Shown: positions 51,530 through 61,640 of the stretch, piece by piece
Layout of the letters: every line of letters starts with the position of its first letter
Position numbering within the stretch: the first letter of the stretch is position 1
Source: Podarcis melisellensis
Lineage: Eukaryota
Reading direction: 5' to 3' (one strand)
Length of the DNA: 64,000 bases
Assembly: GCA_964234715.1 (NCBI GenBank)
Contig: OZ174286.1
Notes under the pieces: generated by a model
What the model saw: the letters and a program-made list of their open reading frames with translations, nothing else
Databases searched by the model: none
Told to the model about the DNA's origin: nothing
Translations under genes and position numbers: made by a program

Positions 51530-52614
51530 GTCACTACCAGAGAGTCCCCAGTACTGCTGCAGCCAATAATAACTGCCAAAAACTCAGTGCATTGCAATGC
51601 TATTAATCTAGGAGGGAACCTTATACTAGGTCAGACTCTTTGTGCATATGGACCATTATTATCAATGGAAAGTGGCAGTGGCTCTCCAGGGCCTCTGCAT
51701 CTCTCGCCATCGCTTGCTACCTTATCATTTTTAAACTGAAGATGCTGTGGATGGGACTTAAGACCTCCCCATACAGAAGCCTAGTTCATAGATCATGCTA
51801 GGCCAAACCATCGCTTAACAAAAATTCAAGATCATGCAGGTTCCTGGAGGGCAGATCATGGCCACCACACTTCTCCCTCGCTGTTTCCCTACTGTGCAAC
51901 ATTGAACGAAATCATGGGTTCACTTAGCAGATCATCTCAATCCAGGCCTGGGTTCAGATGAAACGTTGAGCCAAACTGTGGCCTATCTCAACAGGGTGCA
52001 GCAGTAGAATTACTAGAGAGGAGTGAAGTGGTCACATGTTTGAGCATTCACACCAAGCTATAGGTTGACAGTGTAACATGTATATGTTCTGCCACTGAGC
52101 TATGGTTCATCCTAGACTTTCCACAATCTAAAAGAAAGAAAAAAGAAAGTAAATTGTGGTACTTTTTTCAATGGAATAATGCAGGAAACGGTAAAACAGT
52201 CGATTTGACTACTTTTCTTATGTCCACATTAACAAGCTATATTGAGGCAGGATGGCACAGTACATGTTAAAGATGGGACTCCCAGGACTGAGCTTAGTTT
52301 CCAGCAGGAATGTATGAATCTCTCAGTTTCTGTTTCTCTCCATTTCTCACTTTTCTATTCTGAAATTCAGTTCTTCACAATTCTGCAGTAGCTTGTGATT
52401 GGGGGGGGGGGTGGACCCTCACAAATATTTGCCAGTGCTGCCAGTGCTTTGGTGCAAATTTCTTTTGTATGCAGTTTTGACTAGCCTTTACATTTCTGCA
52501 AGCAATTGTCATTAATATAATATGCTTTTTGTGCATGCTCTTTGGTTGGAGAATTGCACTGCAAAATTCAGGGATGTGCAAATTTCAAAGGATAGTTGTA
52601 TTTTGGTTGGTTTA

Positions 52615-52856
52615 CAGTGGTACCTCGGGTTACATATGCTTCAGGTTACATAAGCTTCAGGTTACAGACTCCGCTAACCCAGAAATATTACCTCGGGTTA
52701 AGAACTTTGCTTCAGGATGAGAACAGAAATTATGCTCTGGCGGCGCGGCAGCAGCAGGAGGCCCCATTAGCTAAAGTGGTGCTTCAGGTTAAGAACAGTT
52801 TCAGGTTAAGTACGGACCTCTGGAACAAATTAAGTACTTAACCTGAGGTACCACTG
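52615..52856. mobile_element. Tc1/mariner-type MITE nested in an older MITE (52305-52921)
   Basis: cagtggtacctcgggtta ... taacctgaggtaccactg. Confidence 0.88.
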
Positions 52857-52933
52857 TTTTGGTTAAAGAAGTGCAGCTTAAGCAGCCACTCATTAAACTG
52901 CAGATTTCATTCCCTGTCCCTAGTTCCCAGCGG

Positions 52934-53385
52934 GGTAGCTGTCTTGGAGCTAAAGCAAGAAAGAGTCTTGGGGTGCTTCAAAGACCTCAGACATTTACTG
53001 TGGCATAAGCCATGGCTAGACACTACTCCAAGAAAGCTTATGCCATACAGCGGTGGAGGAAACTGCTCGGGCGCCGGGGCAGTGCCCATAGGGGTGGGGA
53101 TGAGGCGACTCTGCCTGCCTCCTCCCACTCAGCCACTCTACAGCTGGGGGGAAGGCAGTGGGCGAACCATTTGGGCAGTGTGGAGCCTGCACGCACCCAA
53201 GCCACTGTGTGCATGGCTCAGGTGTGCTGCAGGCCCCGTGGTGTGTGCCACCCGGCATTTTGTTACTCCCCTCAGTGGCGACACCCAGGGCGGCCTACAC
53301 CCACTGCCCCCCCTTCCTCCACCCTTTCGTCCACAGCAGATGTGTTAATCTTTAAGGTGGCACAATACTCCTTGTTGTCTATGCT
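52934..53385. mobile_element. Old palindromic Penelope(Neptune)-type pLTR relic, interrupted by a GC-rich hAT-like element (53048-53326)
   Basis: Reverse complement of the left arm (gcttatgccacagtaaatgtctgaggtctttgaagcaccccaagactctt) aligns to the right arm (gcttatgcca...cagcagatgtgttaatctttaaggtggcacaatactcctt). Insert TIRs cagcggtggaggaa / ttcctccacccttt. Confidence 0.55.
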
Positions 53386-54329
53386 TGTCTTGTAATTTTA
53401 AAGGGAGGAATAGGTGTGTGTGTCTGGGAGGGGGCATTTGCAGGTACAAATTAGTAGGCAAGCTAGCACCTGAAATTAAAGTAATTGGGTCCTCATTCTG
53501 AGAAAGCTGAAGGCCTCTGAATTTGTAGACCATTGATCTGACACACAAACTGGGAGTTCTTTGTAACTTTCTGTTGCCACGTCAGGAACAATGAGGATAA
53601 AATAGTGAGCAAAAATGCTACGGGCATGTCTTTCGTAAAACCGTAGGCTGTACCCTTGCGCACACCCCAACTTCAATGTGACTTCAAACCCAAAATGTAC
53701 CCATGGTGTGTTTTTCCCCTCTCCTTTTCCAAAGTTCTCAAGGCTCCAAGAGAGTGGCTGTGAAAATGTTTTCCAATGACCTTCTTTAAATATGTATGCC
53801 AACATTGTTTTAAAAAGCGATCTCCCCACCCCCTCTCTCTTGGAACCGTCTTCTCTGCTCTTCTCAAGAGCAGTGTACAGTCTGTGCTCTCCGTCTGCCT
53901 GGTGATAAGTTGCACTTGATTTCCAGGCATCTGTCACACGATACATGAATGGGCAACAAGAACATATTCTCCAATTTTCAGATGTTATTAAAGAAAATAT
54001 ATCAAGGAAGACAAGCATTAGCTCTCAATTTATACAGAAAAGTGCCAATCACAGCAATAATAGGCTTGTTAAAAGGACTACTCAGATAAGAGAAGTGATT
54101 TGACCCCTCTGAAGCACTGTGTAAATGTTGACTTGTATTAGTGAATGTGTGATGTGTCTGTTCCCTAAGTCAGGGGTGGGGAACCTCAGGCCTGGGGTCT
54201 GAATGCCTCTGGCCCTTGGGACTCTCCCTAGATCACAGGGCTAGATCCCAAGCCCTGCTTTGCACTTCCCTCAAGTGTGTTTGCCTGCCTTTAATGTGAT
54301 CTTGAACTTCCACAGAACTCTTGAACTGT

Positions 54330-54495
54330 ACAGAATTGTACAGTTGTAAGAGACCCCAGGGGTAATCTATTCCAACCCTCTGCAATGCAGAAATCACAGC
54401 TAACGAATCCCTGACAGATGGCCATCCAACCTCTGTTTAAAAACCTCCAAGAAAGGAGAGACCACCACCTTCCGAGGGAGTCCATTCCACCATCG
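54330..54495 (-). mobile_element. CR1 3' fragment
   Basis: Minus strand WNGLPRKVVVSPFLEVFKQRLDGHLSG followed by a CR1 3' UTR. Confidence 0.8.
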
Positions 54496-54782
54496 AACTT
54501 TGATACTGCCTGAATGGAGGGTAGAAATGGGTGTGTGTAGGAGCTGGCCTACTGCACAAAGGCATCCTTTGCATTCATTATGTACATCCGCCTTTGCCTC
54601 TGGCATGTGGCCTTTGGAAAGGAATGTGGACCTCTGACTGAAAAATGTTACCTTTCCCCAGTGCTTTGCAATTGTACAGAGCTACTCACCCCAAATCAAC
54701 CCAAGGAGGTGAGTGCCTTCAATCCTTTTTGCTGTCATCCTCTCACAGGAACAAATAAACCCAGGATGGATTGAATCGGGGG

Positions 54783-54784
<2 letters not shown>

Positions 54785-54816
<32 letters not shown>
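54785..54816 (+). repeat. (CA)n microsatellite
   Basis: About 16 CA units. Confidence 0.9.
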
Positions 54817-54820
<4 letters not shown>

Positions 54821-56928
54821 ACAATTCTGGGAATTCTCCCCTAACTGCTGCTCAGATAGAACAACAGACATTTAGATATGCTCGCAGTAATTACAGCGCA
54901 GTCACAAAATGGACAATCCATAAACCACTGAGCTTCACAGAGTACACTTTTATTTGGCCTAAACACCCATCAGTATACATTAACAGTCTGTAAATATGAC
55001 TTGATATGCTGAGACTCAGGTGAGAATGGTGATGATGCTAAAGAAGACAACTTAATGTAGCTGCCCTATCACTGCCCTCTGGCTAGTGGCTTCTCATGAT
55101 GAGGTTTCATGAAAAATAACAGATTGATTATTTAATTTATCCAGTCCTGTGTTAGGTCATGCAATGTCTGATAGCGTCTGAGGCAGAGATAGCTCAATCC
55201 AGGTTGTTGCCAGACTTGCAAATAACAGTCTGAACAAGTTAAAGAACTTATTATTTGGTGTGGGTATTTAATGGTACCCCAAAACTACTTGCCCTGTGGT
55301 GTTCTGGCCTAGGGGAAACAGCAGTTTTAGAGCAGGTGTCTTCCATGCTGAAAACCCCATCCTGAATCCATAGCCTCTCGAGTGAAAAGGATCTTTGATC
55401 TGGAGAGCAGAGAACAAAGCACCAAAACACTTTGGGATGATGGCAGGAAGGTTGGAGCAAGTGACGTATCCAATGTTGTTTGAAGAGGGTCCTCTTCTCT
55501 AGAGCATTCAGGCCACTCAGGATATTGGATAGTGGCAGGAGGAAGTCCCCACCTGCATCAGGATCCCACCCTTCTTTGAAGCTTCATGGCCTCCCTTAAG
55601 ATATCCATGAAGGACCAATCCAAGACAGCTTCTGCCTGGAGCAAAGGGCAAGAGCATCCCTCCTTCACTTCCACATACAGAAGCTGTCTAGGTTGGCAGT
55701 TCAATCCTCCTTCAGCAATAGCAACAGGATCTGTCCTTCTTTGGGCTGCTTGGGGTGGTGATGCAGGAGAGACAATGTATTATTTACCAAGCTTCTGTTG
55801 CCAGAAGGGAACGGCCCGGATGCTCAGAAGGAATGATTGGGGAGTTGACAGTGTTGCCTTCCAACATTTGCTGCCTGAGGCAATTGCTCCACTGTGCCTA
55901 ATGGTAGTGCATGTCTTGAAATATGAAAGCCAGAGGATCAAGAGGACACAGCTCCTGTACCATTAGTAGCAGCATTTGTAAGACAGAATTTCAGTAGGTA
56001 CGGTTACATAATTAGGTAGGAGACAATTCATCTGTTCCATCCCCTGTTATTCAGAATGTGATTATTTCTGCCCTGCATTCCAACTCCTTCTGAATTCTAG
56101 ATGAATCAGGAGAATTTCTAAAATGAAAACCTGAACTGGAGGATGTTCTGTTTGGCTGCTTCTTGGCTGCAGGATTCAGTCCCTCTAGTTTCTTCATGTC
56201 CCACTGCTGTCTGTGCATACACATTGATACAACACTGGGAGAAAAGCAGCCTTAGTGTGATTGTGTCTATGACTGCATCATCTTGATTCTTTTGGTGCAG
56301 TGTTTCACAAGTGGACTCACACTGCTGAAACACTGTTGCAAAACAACCCCATCTTAATGCAATAGTGTGTGTACCATCACATTAAGACTTTTTTTGGCGT
56401 GTGCACACATGTTATCAATACACATATATGCACTGGCAATACAAAGGTCATTTTTTTTAGGGGGGGTGAAAATGTACTGAAGGAAAGGAAATCTGCAGCA
56501 AATAGCTGCATGATGCCGTGCACAAAATCCTGGAAATTAAGAACAAAACAAAACAGAGAGCAGTGGAGAATTCCTAATAAGACAGTTCTACCTTAGAAAC
56601 AGGACCAGCCAACATCTGTGGAGGAATGTGGATACTGCCAGAAGCATCCGTAGCCAAATTCTATGCACATATTCAAAAGCTTAGGCACCCTTTACATCTG
56701 GCCACCATATTATTGATCCCAGTATCAATCCTTAAATACAGACTTATGTTCTTCCTTCTAATAAAGAAAAGAGAAAGAATTGTCAGGCCAGAAGATGGCA
56801 GTAGTGTTTTGGTTTCTGATTTCTGTGCCATTCAGACATATCACCTATAATTGACAATTAGTCTATAGCATTGCAGGGAATGAAGGACATGGATGTAGTC
56901 AAACCAATTACCAGCTCTTTCATATTCA

Positions 56929-56975
<47 letters not shown>

Positions 56976-57049
56976 TTTCGTAGATTTTCACGGGTACAGG
57001 AATGCAGGTTTTGGTGTCCTCGGGTGTCTTCCCGTGTAAAAGTTGGGGT

Positions 57050-57098
57050 GTCTAGGCGACGTTTCGACGAGGTCTCACTCGTCATCTTCAGGCTGGTG
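57050..57098 (-). ncRNA. Minimal type I hammerhead ribozyme motif (PLE pLTR)
   Basis: Minus strand CUGAAGA-U-GACGAG(ugagac)CUCGUC-GAAA-CG-UC. Conserved core, 6-bp stem II, palindromic ACGU in place of stem III. Helix I is weak. Confidence 0.75.
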
Positions 57099-58063
57099 CT
57101 TTCGGCTTCTTGTTACTGGAACAGAGCAGGATCTCAGTGTTTGAGTTCCTATAAATACTGTTGAGGGGGTGTGGTGTATAGCCTCCAATGTTCTGGGCAG
57201 AGAGGAAGTTCCCAGGCTAGTGTGCCTTTTCTTCTTTTGTTCCTTAATTACTTGAGGGATATCTTGAGTGATTTCTTGAGTGATATCCTGAGTACCACTT
57301 AGGTGGGTCATTAGGTGTGGATTAGTTGCTAAAGTCTTTGTGTCTTGACCTCTTGAACTTTGTGAAGAGTTTTTCTGAGAAGATGGCTGTACTGCACTTA
57401 GTTGTGCTCTGGCTTGGCTTCGTGTATAGGGGCGAGCTGTGGTTTTGTGGCCTGTGTCAGCCAGATCTGTGTAGGGATTGCAGGGGGGTGCAGCATCCGG
57501 AGGTGCCACCATGGTTTGGCTACTGGATGGTGTCTGTAATTTATCTGTGGAGAGGGTCTGGGTTTGGGTCTGGTGTGGTTGATTGGTGATAGCGTTCTGT
57601 GTGCCTCTGGATCTGGTGTCAGTTTTTGTGGGGAGGGCTAATTTCCAGATGTCTGGCAAGCGGGATGTGTCGTCACGCTTGTTCATGTTGTGAGGGTGTT
57701 TCTCTATCTCGATGGCTTCCATGATTATTCTCTTGTGGTGATGTTCCATGTTAAAGAGCAATTTGGAATCTGCAAAATTAATTTCGTGTCCTGTTTCTTT
57801 CATGTGTTGGAAAAGAGAGGAAGTTTTTTCTTCTTTTTTGACGGCATTCTTGTGTTCTGCGATACGTGCATTTATTCGTCTGTTTGTTTGTCCAATGTAC
57901 GTGGCTGGGCAGACTTTGCAGGGTATTTCATAGACCCCTTGGTTTTCCAACTGGATTTTATCCTTGGGGTTTCTGAGGATATTGGCTATTTTTTGGTTGG
58001 TGCAAAAGGCTGTTTTGATATTGTGTTTATGGAGGATTTTGCTAATTTTATCTGTAGTGCCTC
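57075..58063 (-). CDS. Penelope ORF C-terminal part: linker, GIY-YIG endonuclease and a long S/T/Q-rich tail. RT domain lost; the first ~33 aa of the track ORF come from the inverted arm.
   Basis: GTTDKISKILHKHNI...GVYEIPCKVCPATYIGQTNRRINARIAEH...FQH...GH...EAIEI...NKRD, with the CCHH residues typical of PLE endonucleases. Open for ~330 codons. Confidence 0.85.
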
Positions 58064-58466
58064 TCCACAGATAAATTACAGACACCATCCCTACACAGAT
58101 CTGGCTGACACAGGCCACAAAACCACAGCTCGCCCCTATACACGAAGCCAAGCCAGAGCACAACTAAGTGCAGTACAGCCATCTTCTCAGAAAAACTCTT
58201 CACAAAGTTCAAGAGGTCAAGACACAAAGACTTTAGCAACTAATCCACACCTAATGACCCACCTAAGTGGTACTCAGGATATCACTCAAGAAATCACTCA
58301 AGATATCCCTCAAGTAATTAAGGAACAAAAGAAGAAAAGGCACACTAGCCTGGGAACTTCCTCTCTGCCCAGAACATTGGAGGCTATACACCACACCCCC
58401 TCAACAGTATTTATAGGAACTCAAACACTGAGATCCTGCTCTGTTCCAGTAACAAGAAGCCGAAAG

Positions 58467-58515
58467 CACCAGCCTGAAGATGACGAGTGAGACCTCGTCG
58501 AAACGTCGCCTAGAC
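58467..58515 (+). ncRNA. Minimal type I hammerhead ribozyme motif, inverted copy
   Basis: CTGAAGA at 58474-58480, stem II gacgag/ctcgtc, GAAA at 58500-58503, predicted cleavage after GTC at 58507. Confidence 0.75.
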
Positions 58516-59879
58516 ACCCCAACTTTTACACGGGAAGACACCCGAGGACACCAAAACCTGCATATATATATATATATATATAACACCTAACATTGTTGTT
58601 ACTCTTCAGGAATCTTCAGTGCAGCTCTGTTGCTTTTGCTGTTTCATTTTGATATATAATTGCTCTGGAAACCTGCCATCTCTGAGCCATATGGCCAATA
58701 TTATCCGCATGGTATTAACACAAAAATTAATTTGCAATGATCTGATTATCTATAGCTCAGTTATCCAAAACCCTTCTGTGGATCCTCAGTCATCACCATA
58801 AAAATTAGCATTGATATAGCACTTTTAGGGTGTTCAAAGCCCATCACATCTATTATCTCAGTAGTACATACAAGGAAGTTATGTTATTATTATTATGTCC
58901 ATGTTACAGTGTGTGCAAGGCTGAGAGATGGTAGCTTCCCTTCGTAACCATGCTCTCGGATTGCATTGTAAGCTAAAGTGCTAAAGAGGTTCTCAATCGT
59001 TCTGTCCCATATAACCTAATATTCTGAATGCTCCTTATTCAAATTAAGGGAGCTAAAATGGCCACCCCACCCCCAGAAGCATCAACACCTAAGGCAGGGT
59101 CCTCTAGATGTTAGTGGAATACAACTCCCATAATCCCTAGCCACTGGCCAAAGAAGATGAGACTGGTGAGAGTTGGAATCTAACAATGTTTGGAGGGCCA
59201 CATCACCAACTGAAGTCATGGATAGTGGACATTTGCCACCATTGCCAACTTGATCAGACTCCTGTCATTAGGAAAAGACAGGGGCTGCTGAAACCCAGCT
59301 TTCCATGTGCAAAGATGTGCTGTCTTTCTGGGGATTAAAACATCTGGAACTACCTGGGCCTGAGCCCACACTGGGGACAAGGGATGGAGGTGAGAGATTT
59401 GTATTGTCTCTTTTGAAGAGCCACACCACCAGCAGTAGCAACACCTTGGGCTTGCAGAGAAGACATTCCCCATCATTGCCCACTCAGAGTAACCACTGCC
59501 GTGCAAAAGACTCTTATTGTCCTGATATTATGTGCCAGTTTCACATACTGTCAGTTGCCTTGGAGGCCTGCCCTCAGGATATAAATGAGTGGATGAATAA
59601 AATACATTGCCATAAAAGGAAAACACATATTTGAGATAGTAGCTAAATACATAATATAAATGCTATTTAAAACAACAACAACAACAACAAAAAGTGTTGA
59701 TTGCTGCAACTACACTTCACCAGTTTCCTTTTATAATGTTGGACATGAGTGCTGTGCCTAAACCTCTCCTCCAATTTCTCAAAAGATTTCTTCCACTTCC
59801 TTAAAGCACTTCAAAATTTCCTTAGAATTCTGAATTTGCTGCACAGTTGGCTTACTGTAATGAGCACTCACACTTTACA

Positions 59880-60422
59880 TTATGGGTGCCCTTTGCGGGA
59901 TCGCGCGTGCTGCTACAGTTCCCAGGAAATTAATGGCAAACAGGGACTGGCCTGCCTCTCAGTGTTATTATTTGGAGGTTCACACCCAGTTCCAATTATA
60001 TATAGGGGTGGAGCCGGCAGTAGCCAGGCAGTCAGCACAGGAGATTCACCCTCCCTACCCTCCCTTAGTTTAATGTTTTCTTTTTGCAGGTTAACTTTTT
60101 CTTCCTGTTTAGTGGGCACGGCTGCGGTCTTTGACTGGTTGCTGTTGAAGGACCAGGAAGAATTTCCCTTGCATTGGCAGGTTTGGCTTCCCTGTAGCAA
60201 TTCGTCACAATTTATGGCCTTGGGTAAAATCCTTTAGTTCTTTCTTCCCTATAATTGGGGCGGGGGCATGAAGTAGTGACTCAACCCCCTGCGGCATCAA
60301 TTCCAGGGTCCCCTCTTAAAAGGGGTTATATAATGGGTGTCACTGGCCTTACACCAAAAGGCTGTCAATGAACTACCCTGCGTGTGGGGATATGGACTGG
60401 GCTAATAATAATAATAATAATA

Positions 60423-60464
<42 letters not shown>

Positions 60465-60910
60465 TATTTATACCCCACCCATCTGGCTGGGCCTCCCCAG
60501 CCACTCTGGGCGGCTTCCATAAAAACCAAAAATACAGTAAAATATCACACGTTAAAAACTTCCCTGAACAGGGCTGCCTTAAGATGTCTTCTGAATGTCA
60601 GGTAGTTGTTTATCGCTTTGACCTCTGCTGGAAGGGCGTTCCACAGGGTGGGCGCCACTACCGAGAAGGCCCTCTGCCTGGTTCCCTGTAGCTTTGCTTC
60701 TCGCAATGAATACACATACATCTCGCAGTAAACCCCCATATCCCATTTACCCTGATGTTCCCCAGTTCCCCTGGCTGGGGGGCTGGGAGGGGTACATATC
60801 CAAGGCTAAGCCAAGGTCTTCCTACATTTGGAAGTTTAAGAAAGTTGTGGCCTAATTTAATTCCATAACATGTTGTCAGAGTCTTTATTCCTTTCTTATG
60901 ATCCCTGGGG
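59880..60910 (+). mobile_element. Unclassified LTR-like or DIRS/Ngaro-like terminal repeat, interrupted by an L2 tail
   Basis: GC/CpG-rich block with a TATA-like 'tatatatagggg', resuming after 60708 and ending near 'aaagttgtggcctaatttaattccataac'. No coding motif seen. Confidence 0.35.
60404..60708 (-). mobile_element. L2 3' end with (AAT)n tail
   Basis: Minus strand AKLQGTRQRAFSVVAPTLWNALPAEVK...FRRHLKAALF. Confidence 0.85.
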
Positions 60911-60942
60911 GCTGGAGCTGTTGCTGCCTGGTCACGCAATAC

Positions 60943-61031
60943 CATAGCTGTCAACTTTTTCCTTTTCTTGCGAGGAATCCTATTTGGAATAAGGGAATTT
61001 CCCTTAAAAGGGGGAAACGTTGTCAGCTATG
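60943..61031. mobile_element. 89-bp hAT MITE
   Basis: TIRs catagctgtcaac / gttgtcagctatg. 8-bp TSD cgcaatac / tgcaatac. Confidence 0.85.
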
Positions 61032-61592
61032 TGCAATACACTCTTTGTGGGCCTACCCTTGGAGTTGGTTCAGAGGCTGGAGCAGCGCAGAACACAGTGG
61101 CTAGGCTGCTTGTGGGAACAAACTCCTGCCAGTATGTAACACCTTGGTTTTCAAGATTTGCTGCCAATTTGCCAAATTCAAGGTTTTAGTACTGACATAT
61201 AAGGCCTTATACAGCTCAGGACCAAGTTACTTGAGAAACTGCCTTATCTCTTATATAACCAGTAGATTGCCGCAGGCTGTGGGAGACATTCTTCTGCATG
61301 TTCCAAAGATCTCAGAGCAGGGCTTTTAGTGTGGCTGCCCCTGTTCTACAGAAGAGCATTCTTACAAAATATGACAAGCATCTACTATCTGCACTTTCTG
61401 GAAACAGTTGGAGATACTTTTATTCCCAGCTGGATCAATGGGACTTTGAGTGCTTGTTAGGGTTTTAGCCTTGTTTTAAATGTATTTGCTGTTTTTGCAT
61501 TTTCAGCTGTTGTAATTATCTTATGTGTTGATTGCCTGGAGACTGTGGTTTAGAAGGCATTTAATATATCAATTGTAATAATTATGATGATG

Positions 61593-61640
<48 letters not shown>
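61032..61640 (+). mobile_element. Old L2 3' fragment with (AAT)n tail
   Basis: QNTVARLL and KFKVLVLTYKALYSSGPSYLRNCL remnants. (AAT)n at ~61590-61637. Confidence 0.75.

Larger units (their letters stand above)
56972..58563 (-). mobile_element. Penelope-like retroelement (Penelope/Poseidon type), 5'-truncated, with an inverted pLTR, inserted in (TA)n
   Basis: GIY-YIG ORF, near-identical inverted arms 57002-57555 and 58060-58563, (TA)n on both flanks, hammerhead motif in each arm. Confidence 0.92.

Noticed and set aside
57690-58490. 266-aa plus-strand ORF
   Set aside because: Chimera of antisense GIY-YIG sequence and the inverted pLTR, a by-product of the inversion.
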